A stretch of DNA of 64,000 nt from Anaerolineaceae bacterium (GCA_030653365.1 JAURZL010000007.1:434011-498010); one strand, 5' to 3'. Shown: positions 28,357 to 38,669, numbered from the stretch's first letter. Notes: generated by a model not told the origin, from the letters alone. A program made the numbers and translations.

Positions 28357-29397
28357 TCATTCTGGATGATGAATGGCCAACTGTCCACAACCTGCGTTTA
28401 TATCTATCCCTCTACGAAGACGAATAGTGCAGGGGATTCCATTTTTCTCCAACACTTTCTGAAATTTTTGAGTTTGTTCTTTGTTAGATGCCTGGTAAAT
28501 GAATTGATTTGTCGGATTTAATGGGATCGCATTCACATGACACAATAATCCTTTGAGCAAATTGGCCAAATCCTGCGCAGTTTTTTCACTATCGTTTTTA
28601 CCTGCAATCAATGCCCACTCAAACGTAATCCTGCGATTGGTTTTCTGAACATAATATTTACAAGCTTCCATGACTTCTTTAATCGGGTATTTCACATTTA
28701 CTGGCATTAATTGGCTTCTTTCTGCGTCATTAACTGCATGCAGGCTGATAGCCAGATTTGTTTGACGATCCTCATCTGCAAAGTGTCGTATCATTGGAAC
28801 CAGGCCAACTGTGGAGACGGTGAACCGTCTGGCTCCCAGCCCTAAGCCTGATGGATCACTCAATCGATTAATCGCAGTCATTGTTGCATCATAATTATGA
28901 AATGGTTCACCCATACCCATCAAAACGATATTGGTGACTTTTTCATCTTGTGATTTTAATACCCGCGCAAAAAACATAACTTGTTCGATAATTTCTCCTG
29001 CAGAGAGATGTCTTTTGAATCCCATCTGGCCTGTTGCGCAAAATACACAACCCATTGCACAACCTGCCTGCGTAGAGATACAAAGCGTATTGCGTTTATC
29101 ATATTTCATTAATACTGTCTCAATAGCCTTATGATCATTTAATTGAAATAAAATTTTTGTAGTTTCCTGATCATTAGATTCCAGCTTTTTTATGGGGGAA
29201 ATTGATTGGAACTCGAATGATTCCCATAGTTTCTCCCGTAATTTCTTTGGTATATTCGAAAATTCTTCCTGTTTATACCAAAGATTTTTGTATACACCTT
29301 CCCATATCTGTTTAGCTCGAAAGGCGGGCTCATTTAATTCTTCGACCAATAAATTTTCAACTTGTTCAAAAGATAAATCATATAAATTTCGTTTCAT
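28357..29397 (-). CDS. rlmN: Radical-SAM 23S rRNA/tRNA adenine-C2 methyltransferase RlmN
   Basis: CAMGCVFC (CxxxCxxC), GMGEP, and the C-terminal IDINAGCGQL Cys. ATG at 29397 (MKRNLYDLS) overlaps the upstream stop as ATGA and is preferred over the tracked start at 29412. Confidence 0.9.
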   Translation of the reverse strand: MKRNLYDLSFEQVENLLVEELNEPAFRAKQIWEGVYKNLWYKQEEFSNIPKKLREKLWESFEFQSISPIKKLESNDQETTKILFQLNDHKAIETVLMKYDKRNTLCISTQAGCAMGCVFCATGQMGFKRHLSAGEIIEQVMFFARVLKSQDEKVTNIVLMGMGEPFHNYDATMTAINRLSDPSGLGLGARRFTVSTVGLVPMIRHFADEDRQTNLAISLHAVNDAERSQLMPVNVKYPIKEVMEACKYYVQKTNRRITFEWALIAGKNDSEKTAQDLANLLKGLLCHVNAIPLNPTNQFIYQASNKEQTQKFQKVLEKNGIPCTIRLRRGIDINAGCGQLAIHHPE

Positions 29398-30203
29398 TGC
29401 GCAAAACCCCAATTTTTTGAAATAAGAAAATTCACCAGTTCAACCAAATTTTTGTGGACTAAATCAGGTTTATAGGAAAATTTCATAAGGTCGGATTCAG
29501 ATGAAATTCCAGAAAGAACGAGTGCAGTTTTGCAATTTGCTCTAATTCCTCCTAAAATGTCGGTATCAATTCGATCTCCAATTATCAATGTCGATTCAGG
29601 GGTTGTATTCAATAATGAAATTGTGTGTTCAAACATCATTGGCTCTGGTTTACCCGCCAGAATTGCTTTTTTACCACTCGCAGTCACTAAAGCAGCCAGG
29701 ATTGAGCCAGCTCCTGGAATTTTACCTTCTGGCGTGGGGAAAGTCGAATCAGCGTTTGTGTAATAAAAATCTACATTATTTTGTAATTGAAGTGTGGCGT
29801 TTTTAAGTTTTTCATAAGTAATTTGTCGATCCAAACCACCAACAACTGCAAGTATATTTTGGTCAGATTGATAAAATCCAGAATTAGTTAACGGTTCTCG
29901 CAATCCATTTTCCCCTAAAATATGAACAGGTCCCCCTGTTGGATATTTTTCTTTTAACATTTTTACGAGGGTTGTTCCAGATGTAAAAATGTGATCTTCA
30001 TTTACCTTGACATTAAAATGATTTAGCTTTTTACAATATTCAAAAGGGGTTTTTGTACTGTTGTTCGTGGCAAAAGCATAACTAATTTGGTATTGATTTA
30101 ATTGCTTGAAAACCCAATCCAAATCAACAATTGGTGTTTGATCACTCCAAAGAACACCATCCATATCAAAAATTAATGCCTTGATTTTAATTGTCTTCAT
30201 CAT
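29394..30203 (-). CDS. HAD-IIA family hydrolase (NagD-like sugar-phosphate phosphatase)
   Basis: 269 aa. DMDGVLW (DxDG), TNNS, GKP and GDRIDTDI motifs. Confidence 0.8.
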   Translation of the reverse strand: MMKTIKIKALIFDMDGVLWSDQTPIVDLDWVFKQLNQYQISYAFATNNSTKTPFEYCKKLNHFNVKVNEDHIFTSGTTLVKMLKEKYPTGGPVHILGENGLREPLTNSGFYQSDQNILAVVGGLDRQITYEKLKNATLQLQNNVDFYYTNADSTFPTPEGKIPGAGSILAALVTASGKKAILAGKPEPMMFEHTISLLNTTPESTLIIGDRIDTDILGGIRANCKTALVLSGISSESDLMKFSYKPDLVHKNLVELVNFLISKNWGFAQ

Positions 30204-30212
30204 AAATAAAAC

Positions 30213-30247
30213 ATCAAGCCGGATGGCTTATACCTGTCCGGCTTGAT
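30213..30247 (-). terminator. Hairpin after clpP (terminator or attenuator)
   Basis: ATCAAGCCGGA-13 nt-TCCGGCTTGAT, an 11-bp stem. On the minus strand it is followed by GTTTTATTT, which runs straight into the ATG of the HAD gene. Read-through is therefore probably needed for the downstream genes. Confidence 0.55.
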
Positions 30248-30264
30248 TTTGTCTCATTTCTTCT

Positions 30265-30876
30265 TTACTTTTTTACTGGTACTTCAAGCACTTTATCAAC
30301 AAGACCATAGGTGACTGCTTGTTCTGAACTGAGATAATAGTCTCTTTCGGTATCACGTTCGATGGTATCGATTGATTGTCCGGTGCTTTCTGCCATAATT
30401 TCATTAAGGCGAGCTTTGAGGCGTAATATTTCCCTTGCCTGAATTTCGATATCTGAAGCCTGTCCTTGCGCGCCACCCAAAGGTTGATGCATATGGATGG
30501 TTGCATGAGGTAAAGCGTACCGCTGTCCTTTTTCGCCAGCCGCTAAAATGACTGTACCGAATGATGCAGTCATCCCTACTGCTACTGTAGAGATTTTGTT
30601 TGGAATCATTTTCATTGTGTCATAAATTGCCAGACCAGCATATATATGTCCACCAGGCGAGTTTATGTACATTTGAATACTTGCCTCCGGGTCTTCCCGA
30701 CTTAGGAAGAGTAATTGGGCGACAATAACATTAGCGACCTGGTCATTGATAGGTGTTCCCAACATAACGATTCTATTTTTTAAGAGCAAAGAAAAAATAT
30801 CATATGCTCGTTCTCCGCGTCCTGATGATTCGATTACCATCGGGATTACAGATGAAAATTCAGGTATATTTGACAT
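30265..30876 (-). CDS. clpP: ATP-dependent Clp protease proteolytic subunit
   Basis: 203 aa. GMTASFG (Ser), HMHQP (His) and the RD..L (Asp) region of the ClpP catalytic triad. Confidence 0.95.
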   Translation of the reverse strand: MSNIPEFSSVIPMVIESSGRGERAYDIFSLLLKNRIVMLGTPINDQVANVIVAQLLFLSREDPEASIQMYINSPGGHIYAGLAIYDTMKMIPNKISTVAVGMTASFGTVILAAGEKGQRYALPHATIHMHQPLGGAQGQASDIEIQAREILRLKARLNEIMAESTGQSIDTIERDTERDYYLSSEQAVTYGLVDKVLEVPVKK

Positions 30877-30894
30877 CCTGTTTAAACTCCTTTT

Positions 30895-32445
30895 CTATTC
30901 TTTAGGGTTTTCTTCTCCCTCATTTTCAGGTAAGTCTTTAGTTTCAGAAGATTCTACTTCCAATTTTTCTTCGACGACAACTTCTGTATCATCTTCAACT
31001 TCCTCTGCAATTGAGGTCTCGATTATTTCTTGCGTTTCTGTGGATACTACTTCTAATTTTTCTTCAATAACAACTTCAGATTCACCTTCTACACCCTCTT
31101 CTACCTCTTTTACGGCTTCCTGGGTTTCCTCTAGTAACAATTCACCAGTTGCCAATGCTTTCATTTTTTCAAGTGTTCTTTGATTATATAATCGAGAAAT
31201 CGCATTGTAAGCTACATTATTCACCATTTCGTTGGTAACCTTCGCTTTTTTCCCTTTTTGATCGGGCATATTATGAAGCATCTGTACTGTATCATTGATA
31301 ATTCCATCAATGTCTTTTTTTGGTACTTCAACTTTTTCTTCCTGAGCAAATTTTTCAATGATCAAAGAGTTTTTGACTCTGTTGATGGCAGCTGGTCTCA
31401 CATTCTCTTCAATATATTCTTCTTTTTCTTTTTTTAATAATTTTAAATAGGTTTCTACGTCTAAATTCTGTTGTTTCAAATCTCGTTCTAATGATTTAAA
31501 CATTTGTTCTATCTCTTCATCCACCATAAAAGGTGGAAATTTGACTGTCGCTTGTTCAGCGTACTTTGAAATCAACTCAGAAAAATATTTCTCATCATAT
31601 TCTTGTTTTTTGTTAGATTCTTGCTGGTCCCGAACCGCTTTTTCTAAGGCAGCATAATCTTCGAATTGACCAAGTAACTTTGCGAAATCATCATTTAATT
31701 CAGGAAGGGATAATGTTTTTACAGATTGGACATTTACAACAAATTTAATCGTTTTTCCCTTAAAACGATCATCTTCATTTTCTTCACCAAATGTATGTTC
31801 AATTTCTTTGTCTTCAGATTCTTTTAGCCCAATTAATTCATTTGAGAAATTCTCAAATGGCCAATTATCTTTTTGTTGGTCATCGCCAACAACAAACTGA
31901 ACAGGAAGTTCTTCCAGGATTGTCTCTTCATTTGCAAGACCTTTGAGTTTGAAATAGACAAGGTCACCTTTTTCGATAGCTCGATCTACAGGTTCTGCAG
32001 TGGCATAATTTTTTTGGAGTCGTGCCAGGAATTCGGTAATTTCATCTTCGGATACAGCTTCTGGAGTGTACTCCAATTGAATCTCCTTATAATCTCCCAA
32101 TACTATTTCCGGCTTTAAGGGAACCATAAAACTTAATTTCAATGGTTCCATAGAGACGATTTCCTTTAATGCTCCAGGTCCTGAAGGTTCAATAGTAGCC
32201 TCATCCAGTACTTTGGCATACTGTTCATCTATTAAGAGCTCTACGGCTTCTTCATTAATCACACCTTCGCCATACATACGCAAAACAACATCATAGGGAG
32301 CTTTGCCTGGACGGAAACCAGGAATTTTTGCTTGTTTAGCAATTTTTCGCGCTGCACGACGTTTAAAGCTTTCGAATAATTCGTCCTCGAATTCAGCTTC
32401 GATTTTTACTTGGTGATCTTCTTGTGGAATGGTTTCAATTTTCAA
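30895..32445 (-). CDS. tig: Trigger factor with an extended repetitive acidic C-terminal tail
   Basis: 516 aa. N-terminal ribosome-binding GFRPGKAP motif, a central PPIase-like domain and a C-terminal arm, then a ~70-aa E/V-rich extension containing a 31-aa tandem repeat. Confidence 0.9.
   Translation of the reverse strand: MKIETIPQEDHQVKIEAEFEDELFESFKRRAARKIAKQAKIPGFRPGKAPYDVVLRMYGEGVINEEAVELLIDEQYAKVLDEATIEPSGPGALKEIVSMEPLKLSFMVPLKPEIVLGDYKEIQLEYTPEAVSEDEITEFLARLQKNYATAEPVDRAIEKGDLVYFKLKGLANEETILEELPVQFVVGDDQQKDNWPFENFSNELIGLKESEDKEIEHTFGEENEDDRFKGKTIKFVVNVQSVKTLSLPELNDDFAKLLGQFEDYAALEKAVRDQQESNKKQEYDEKYFSELISKYAEQATVKFPPFMVDEEIEQMFKSLERDLKQQNLDVETYLKLLKKEKEEYIEENVRPAAINRVKNSLIIEKFAQEEKVEVPKKDIDGIINDTVQMLHNMPDQKGKKAKVTNEMVNNVAYNAISRLYNQRTLEKMKALATGELLLEETQEAVKEVEEGVEGESEVVIEEKLEVVSTETQEIIETSIAEEVEDDTEVVVEEKLEVESSETKDLPENEGEENPKE
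30954..31077 (-). repeat. 93-nt-period tandem repeat inside the tig 3' end
   Basis: Cores CTACTTCCAATTTTTCTTCGACGACAACTTC (30954-30984) and CTACTTCTAATTTTTCTTCAATAACAACTTC (31047-31077). They encode EVVVEEKLEVE / EVVIEEKLEVV. Confidence 0.7.
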
Positions 32446-32474
32446 AGCGACAATCCTTTATACAAAAATTTTTA

Positions 32475-32559
32475 TGGTGGGGAAGAGGGGACTTGAACCC
32501 CTACGCCTTTCGGCACATGATCCTAAGTCATGCCTGTCTGCCAATTCCAGCACTTCCCC
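32475..32559 (-). tRNA. tRNA-Leu (anticodon TAG), CCA encoded
   Basis: The reverse complement folds with acceptor GGGGAAG/CTTCCCC, anticodon stem CATGA/TCATG with loop CTTAGGA, a long variable arm (GCC-gaaa-GGC) and T arm AGGGG-TTCAAGT-CCCCT, ending ACCA. Confidence 0.85.
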
Positions 32560-32635
32560 ACAGCGACCAAATTATAAGCGTAACAAGGCGGAGCGTCAAT
32601 AATCAGATATAATAAGGGTTATTTTTAGGCAGGAG

Positions 32636-33055
32636 TTGGCATTGGGAAGAGTAATAAACCCTGATAGTAGTGGAAAAGAAAGAACAAAATTAACCAAAAG
32701 CATTGTAAAAGCAATTCGTCAATTGATGACACAAAACAAACCCGATCAACAGACCAAAGACCTGGCAGCTTATATTGTTTCAGGTTTATATGATATTTTT
32801 CAGACAGTAGATATATCCGTTGCTGCATGGGAAAAACGTGGTTATTGGGTGAAGGCTGATCGCTTTCGAATTGATTGGGAGTGGACTTTGCAATACAGTA
32901 ACCAAATGAAAGAAGCACTCATTTCTGAGGACTGGCCACAGATTGCATTGTTGGCAGCAAAAACTGCGCAAAAATTTAATAATGTAAAAATCTCACTTAA
33001 TAATCGAATTGGGGAACCCTGGATTGGCGCTTATGAAAAGCTTGTTAAAGGTTAA
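32636..33055 (+). CDS. Hypothetical protein (no recognised domain)
   Basis: 139-aa ORF with AGGAG at 32631-32635. The in-frame TTG at 32642 is better spaced than the TTG at 32636. Followed by a strong terminator. Confidence 0.5.
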   Translation: MALGRVINPDSSGKERTKLTKSIVKAIRQLMTQNKPDQQTKDLAAYIVSGLYDIFQTVDISVAAWEKRGYWVKADRFRIDWEWTLQYSNQMKEALISEDWPQIALLAAKTAQKFNNVKISLNNRIGEPWIGAYEKLVKG

Positions 33056-33084
33056 TCAGCAATTAAAAAAATAATTAACAAAAA

Positions 33085-33113
33085 AGAGATTGGTGTATCC
33101 TGAACCAATCTCT
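33085..33113. terminator. Bidirectional intrinsic terminator
   Basis: AGAGATTGGT-gtatcctga-ACCAATCTCT, a perfect 10-bp stem flanked by AAAAA and TTTTTT. Lies between convergent genes. Confidence 0.75.
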
Positions 33114-33135
33114 TTTTTGTGATGTATTGAATTTA

Positions 33136-35241
33136 CTATTTCAAAATGATACGGGCGTCTACAACTTTTACACCCTTGCCTTCCTCATAAACCAGGACTG
33201 GATTAGCATCAGATTCGCTGATCTCATCTGAAAGATCTACAATCATATTGGCATAGCGGCTGATGGTCTCAGCTAATACTTCGCGGTCACGGGGTGCTTC
33301 ACCACGAACACCAGCAAGGATTGGGGCGCCACGAATTTCACCAATCATTCGCAAGGAAGATTTCTTTGTGACCGGTGCAACTCGGAAGGTTACATCTTTC
33401 AGCACTTCGACAAAAATACCGCCAAGACCGAACATCATTGTTGGTCCGAAAGTAGAATCATTTACAGAACCTAAGATAACTTCCGTTCCCCAGGGAGCCA
33501 TTTCCTGGATTGCAATGCCATGGATATTGGCATCGCTCTTATACGCTTTTGCATTTTTAATAATAGTTTGATAAGCTTCCCGGCAAGAAGCTTCGTCTTT
33601 GATATTGACTTTCACACCACCGGCATCAGATTTATGCAAAATTTCAGGAGAGACAATTTTCATAACGATCGGAAAACCGATTTCTTTCGCCATTGCGACA
33701 GCTTCTTCTTCTGATTTTGCTAATTGCGTTTCTGTGATCGGGAGACCATATGCAGCAAAAACCTGTTTGGCTTCGATTTCAGTTAAGGCGTCGCGTCCAT
33801 CTTCTCTCGCAGTTTTAATAATGGAAAGGGCTTTTGCTTTGTTAAGGTCTGATAATTTTTCATCTGGTTCTGTAACAATCTCTTTCATTCGAGCGTATTC
33901 TCTTAATGCAGAAAGGGCACTGATGGCTAAATCTGGTCCACCATAAGCAGGAATGCCATTTTCAACCAGCCATTGCATCGCTTTTTCGGATTTTACGCCA
34001 CCGACAAAAGATACACACACTGGTTTTCCTTTAATCCCTGAATCATCGATTGCTTTTTTGATACCTTTTGCAATATCCATTGGTTCAGTCATTGCTGTTT
34101 CGCAATACAAAACTGCCAAACCATCAACCCATTCATGAGCGAATGAAAACTTCACTGAATCATGATACCAATCGTATCCTGCCATTCCTGTCAGATCAAC
34201 TGGATTTTTTGCTGAACCAAAAGGAGGCATATGTTTTTTGAGTTCATCCTGAACATCTTTTGGAGCAAATTTCAGAGGAAGATTACAGCGTTCTGCAGCA
34301 TCTGTAGCCAATACACCTACACCACCACCATTGGTAATAATTAATAAATTTTCACCTTTCATGGGTGGTTGAAGTGAAAGTGCAAGCGAAAGATCAAATA
34401 AATTGCCTAAATCGGATGCCTGAACAACACCTGACTGTTGGAAAGCTGCACCATATACTTTTGCTGCACCAGCAAGTGAACCAGTATGGGAGGCTGCAGC
34501 CGCTGCACCATGAGCAGAAACACCTGCTTTGAGTGCAATTACTGGTTTTTTGACTTTCTTTGCAACATCCATGAATTTCCGGCCATCTTTGAATCCTTCA
34601 ATATAAAGAGAAATACTGCTTGTGTATTCATCATTGTCAAGCCATTCAATAAGATCAGCAAAATCAACATCAGACATATTGCCAATGGAAATCAATTTTT
34701 CGAAACCAACCCGGCGGGTGAAGGTTGCCATATCGATTGCAATTAATAAGGCTCCACTTTGGGAGACTAGGGCACCTTTACCAGGCAATGGCAATAAAGG
34801 AGCAAAAGAAGCATTTAATTTTTCTGCATTGGATAGTGTACCGACGATATTGGGTCCAAGTACACGAATGCCATACTCATGAGCTTTGGCGACAAGTTCC
34901 AGTTCAAGTTCTTTGTTGCCAACTTCAGCAAAACCTGAAGTGATAACAATTAGACCCTTTACGCCTTTTTTTCCAGCTTCATCGATTGCATCCAGAACAA
35001 ATTTCGCAGGAATAGTAACCACCGCAGCGTCAATATCGCCAGGTACATCCAATAATGAAGGATAGCATTTTATTCCTAATATCTCTTCAGTTTTTGGATT
35101 GATGGGATAAATCTTCCCCTCATATCCACCTTCGATGATGTTCTTTAAGACACTATGACCAATTTTTGTTGGGTCTGCAGAAGCACCTAAAACTGCTATT
35201 GATTTTGGACGCATAAGTCCGTCTAAATATTGATTATTCAC
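33136..35241 (-). CDS. ADP-forming acetyl-CoA synthetase (fused alpha-beta; NDP-forming acyl-CoA synthetase family)
   Basis: 701 aa. N-terminal CoA-binding domain (PKSIAVLGAS), the succinyl-CoA-synthetase-like flavodoxin domains with the GSLAGA/HTGS region, and a C-terminal ATP-grasp domain. Confidence 0.85.
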   Translation of the reverse strand: MNNQYLDGLMRPKSIAVLGASADPTKIGHSVLKNIIEGGYEGKIYPINPKTEEILGIKCYPSLLDVPGDIDAAVVTIPAKFVLDAIDEAGKKGVKGLIVITSGFAEVGNKELELELVAKAHEYGIRVLGPNIVGTLSNAEKLNASFAPLLPLPGKGALVSQSGALLIAIDMATFTRRVGFEKLISIGNMSDVDFADLIEWLDNDEYTSSISLYIEGFKDGRKFMDVAKKVKKPVIALKAGVSAHGAAAAASHTGSLAGAAKVYGAAFQQSGVVQASDLGNLFDLSLALSLQPPMKGENLLIITNGGGVGVLATDAAERCNLPLKFAPKDVQDELKKHMPPFGSAKNPVDLTGMAGYDWYHDSVKFSFAHEWVDGLAVLYCETAMTEPMDIAKGIKKAIDDSGIKGKPVCVSFVGGVKSEKAMQWLVENGIPAYGGPDLAISALSALREYARMKEIVTEPDEKLSDLNKAKALSIIKTAREDGRDALTEIEAKQVFAAYGLPITETQLAKSEEEAVAMAKEIGFPIVMKIVSPEILHKSDAGGVKVNIKDEASCREAYQTIIKNAKAYKSDANIHGIAIQEMAPWGTEVILGSVNDSTFGPTMMFGLGGIFVEVLKDVTFRVAPVTKKSSLRMIGEIRGAPILAGVRGEAPRDREVLAETISRYANMIVDLSDEISESDANPVLVYEEGKGVKVVDARIILK

Positions 35242-35583
35242 GCTTATTTCCTCCTAAAGATTGTTCAAAATTTTACTGATAAGATTTTATACTGATAAAA
35301 AAATTCTTCTATAAGACATACAACAAAAAAATCTCCCAAAAATTTCATCAAGTGGGAGTTTTTATTAACAAAAGTTAGTTACCGATAAATCCATCCAGAC
35401 ATAAATAAATTATCATGTGTCGCATTTCCAATTATATAGTTTATCATATTCGACAACTAACATTCATAATTTTACGATTTTTTATGTAAACAAATGTACT
35501 CATTATGATGGTATTTTTATCATCATTTAAAAAAAAGGAAATCTACAATCCATTATAGAGTTCCTTTCTTCTTCTTGAAAAAT

Positions 35584-37455
35584 CTAATTTTTTAGTGCAG
35601 CTTCTATAATCTGGTTTACACGTTTGATCATATTTGCACTATTCGGCTGAATTCCATCTGCAATCAATGCATTTTCATATAATTGCTCGATCACCAAATC
35701 CCGAATCGGATTAATACCTTTTATATTCGCTAAATTCATTATGATTGGGTGATTTGGATTGATTTCCAGGATTTTTTCTGGTGATTCAAATTCTTTATGT
35801 AAATACCGGTATGCTTTTTGAATTTCCTGGCTGGGGCTTCCTTCTAAATCAACTAATCTGGCAGGGGAATCTACCAATTTATTAGTGGTTCTTATTTCTT
35901 TCACTCTATCTGTCAATGTGGTCTTGAAAAACGTCATCAACTCATTGAGCTCATTTTGATCAAGGTTTTGTTCTTGGGTTTCTTCTTCTTCGATTTCTTT
36001 CTCAGGCAAATCCAGATCTTTTGAGGTAACATTCACCAGGTCATGTTCTTTGTACTTATTGATCCTCATTAATACAAAAGGATCAATAGGATCAGTAAAT
36101 GTAATTACATCAATATTTTGTTTTTTGAATATTTCTAAATGAGGCGAATTCAAAGCTGAATTTTCATCTTCAGAAATTATGTAATAAATTTTCTTTTGAT
36201 TATCAACCATGTTTTGAATGTATTCTTCAAGAGATCGCCATTCAGTGATTTTATTAATCGTTTTAACCTTCAACAAGGACAACAATTCTTGATCATATTC
36301 ACCGGTGGATGCTAAACCTTCTTTTATAAAAAAGCCAAATTCTTTCCAAAAAGTCTCATATTTTTCTTTGTCATTGGACTTTAAATTGTCTAAGTGGTCC
36401 AAAACTTTAGAAGAAAGTATTTTTTTGATTTGAGCAATCGCTTTTGTGGATTGAAAAGATTCTCTGGATACGTTTAGTGGTAAGTCTTCCGAATCCACAA
36501 CACCTTGAATAAATCTTAAGAATTCAGGTAAAAGATCCTTTGTAAATTCCTGGATCATTACTTTTCTTGCGTATAGCTTTAGACCGTAATCTTTTCTTTC
36601 TGAAAACAAATTCGGTTCAGCTGACGAAGGAATATACAACAATCCATACAATTGAATGGGGGCGTCAATGGAGAGATGTAAATGGCCAATTGGTTCTTTA
36701 AAGTCCAATGTAAATTGATTATAAAAATCTTTATATTCCTCCTCTTTTACTGATTGAGGTTGCTGCCTCCAAATTGCGGTTTGGCGATTTATCTGTTCTT
36801 CATTTTCATTCAAATAAATTGGATAGGGTATGTAATCTGAATGGCGTTTAATGATTTGACGAATACGATACTCTTCTAAATATTCTGAAGCATCATCTTT
36901 CAAATGAAGGATAATTTCTGTTCCCCGATTTTCTCTGGTTCCTTTTTCAAGGGTGTATGTTTCCCCTCCATCCGAAATCCAGTGGATTGCAGAATCAGTC
37001 ATCCTAAATGATCTTGAAATTACTTCAATACTGTCTGACACCATAAACGCTGAGTAAAACCCAACACCAAATTGCCCAATAATGTTACTTAAATCCGTTT
37101 CACCGGTTTTTGTGGCTGCATCCAAGAATTCTCTGGCACCAGAGTGGGCAATTGTTCCAATATTTTCAATTACTTCATTTTGATCCATACCAATTCCTGT
37201 GTCGGAAATTGTTATGGTTTTATTTTCTTTATTTATCTTTATCCTTATCTTTGGTTCAACATCTGGATCTAATAAGTCTTTATTGGTTAATAATTCAAAG
37301 TTTAGTCTTGAGATAGCATCTGAGGCATTTGAGATCAATTCTCTGAGAAATATATCCCTTTCGGTATAAAGCGAGTGAATGAGGATATTTAATAATTGCC
37401 TTGTTTCCGCTTTAAAGTGATGGGTGCTAGATGAAGTTTTTTTGTCTTTAGCCAT
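35584..37455 (-). CDS. htpG: Molecular chaperone HtpG (Hsp90)
   Basis: 623 aa. FLRELISNASDA, DTGIGM and GQFGVGFYS motifs of the GHKL ATPase domain. Confidence 0.95.
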   Translation of the reverse strand: MAKDKKTSSSTHHFKAETRQLLNILIHSLYTERDIFLRELISNASDAISRLNFELLTNKDLLDPDVEPKIRIKINKENKTITISDTGIGMDQNEVIENIGTIAHSGAREFLDAATKTGETDLSNIIGQFGVGFYSAFMVSDSIEVISRSFRMTDSAIHWISDGGETYTLEKGTRENRGTEIILHLKDDASEYLEEYRIRQIIKRHSDYIPYPIYLNENEEQINRQTAIWRQQPQSVKEEEYKDFYNQFTLDFKEPIGHLHLSIDAPIQLYGLLYIPSSAEPNLFSERKDYGLKLYARKVMIQEFTKDLLPEFLRFIQGVVDSEDLPLNVSRESFQSTKAIAQIKKILSSKVLDHLDNLKSNDKEKYETFWKEFGFFIKEGLASTGEYDQELLSLLKVKTINKITEWRSLEEYIQNMVDNQKKIYYIISEDENSALNSPHLEIFKKQNIDVITFTDPIDPFVLMRINKYKEHDLVNVTSKDLDLPEKEIEEEETQEQNLDQNELNELMTFFKTTLTDRVKEIRTTNKLVDSPARLVDLEGSPSQEIQKAYRYLHKEFESPEKILEINPNHPIIMNLANIKGINPIRDLVIEQLYENALIADGIQPNSANMIKRVNQIIEAALKN

Positions 37456-37595
37456 TGTTTCCTCCTGGATTCAAATTCATATCAATCATAATTCATGTTT
37501 ATAAGATTTTTATAAATAAAATCGATATCATTTCGATAAACAGTAGGGGGCGGGTGTTTTACCAAAAACTCCCTGATCGTGATGATGAAAAGACA

Positions 37596-37628
37596 CAAAA
37601 ATCGGGTTCTCGTGATTGAAAACCCGAT
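37596..37628 (-). terminator. Intrinsic terminator after the SDR gene
   Basis: ATCGGGTT-12 nt-AACCCGAT. On the minus strand it is followed by TTTTTG, 25 nt after the stop codon. Confidence 0.6.
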
Positions 37629-37652
37629 CGATCTGCTTTTTGATTCTCGAAC

Positions 37653-38669
37653 TTAAGTATATCTGGCTTTTACTGCTGGAATCAGATATTCATAAAAAGC
37701 TCGATCCTGATCAAATTCTGGATTCCATCCCCAATCATTTTTTGCTGAGGTATCATCTACATCAGCTGGCCATGTATCGACGATTCCTTGTCTGGCAATA
37801 TCTGGTTCAAATGAAATTTCAGCGTTTGGAAATGCTTCGATGACAATATTATAAAATTCTTGTGCTGATGGATTAAAACTGGTCACGTTGTAGACCAATT
37901 TGGATAAATCACCTTTATCCGCTTTTTCTAAATCCAACAATGCTTTAATTGCATCCGGCATAACCATAAAGGGTAAGCGTGTATCTGGTCTTACAAAACA
38001 TCGGTATTTCTTACCCATGGCTGCATGATGCAGCATTTCTGGCCCGTAATCACTGGTCCCTCCGGTCGGCGTTGTGATAGCAGAAATAAGGCCTGGAAAA
38101 CGAAGAGCACGGAAATCAATGCCGCTTGAATTTCTATCTGCAGCCAATTGGCGATAATATTTCGTGTAGTAACGCCCTAATTGTTCACAATATAATTTGT
38201 TACAACCATACATGGTGGTGGGTTGACACCACATTTCCTCATTAATTTTATTGCTGGAATTTTTTGTTTGTAAATCAGGGATACCGTAAACTGCGATTGA
38301 ACTTGGATAAAGAAACTTGACTGGTTTTCCTTGCCAGGTTGCTTGTTCAACTGCAAGTCTTAAAAGGTTCAAAGTTCCTTCAACATTCACCTTATGAGCT
38401 GTTTCCGGATTATATTCAGCTTTTGTGGACAAGATTGAAGCAAGATGATAAATCGTGCGGATTTCATATTCAGCTACCAGGCGACCTAATAACATCTGGT
38501 CCAGAATATCACCCTGAATAAAGCGTTCACACATTGGTCGAAGACTTTCATCCAGAGGCATAACATCCAAAGCAAGAACATGTGTTTTTTCTTTTTCGGC
38601 AATATGAGAGATTAGACCGTGTCCAATTTCTCCATTAGCGCCTGTAATAAGAACAACTTCTTTCCTCAT
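37653..38669 (-). CDS. NAD-dependent epimerase/dehydratase (extended SDR; L-threonine 3-dehydrogenase-like)
   Basis: 338 aa. TGANGEIGHGL glycine-rich motif and the YGCNK (YxxxK) catalytic motif. Confidence 0.7.
   Translation of the reverse strand: MRKEVVLITGANGEIGHGLISHIAEKEKTHVLALDVMPLDESLRPMCERFIQGDILDQMLLGRLVAEYEIRTIYHLASILSTKAEYNPETAHKVNVEGTLNLLRLAVEQATWQGKPVKFLYPSSIAVYGIPDLQTKNSSNKINEEMWCQPTTMYGCNKLYCEQLGRYYTKYYRQLAADRNSSGIDFRALRFPGLISAITTPTGGTSDYGPEMLHHAAMGKKYRCFVRPDTRLPFMVMPDAIKALLDLEKADKGDLSKLVYNVTSFNPSAQEFYNIVIEAFPNAEISFEPDIARQGIVDTWPADVDDTSAKNDWGWNPEFDQDRAFYEYLIPAVKARYT

Noticed and set aside
30746-31183. 145-aa Ser/Thr-rich ORF on the plus strand, overlapping the clpP start and the tig 3' end.
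   Set aside because: It is the mirror image of the Glu/Val-rich repeat of trigger factor (GAA/GTT codons read as TTC/AAC and so on). It has no independent signals.
35242-35583. 342-bp AT-rich gap between htpG and the acetyl-CoA synthetase gene, examined for a small RNA or riboswitch.
   Set aside because: It contains only weak hairpins: CTCCCA...TGGGAG with flanking A/T tracts, and AAAGGAA...TTCCTTT after htpG. These are consistent with a terminator plus a promoter. I recognised no conserved structured-RNA motif.
37521-37537. Short inverted repeat ATCGA-tatcatt-TCGAT upstream of htpG, considered as a heat-shock operator.
   Set aside because: It does not match CIRCE, HAIR or CtsR operators. 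Five-base-pair arms in AT-rich DNA are expected by chance.
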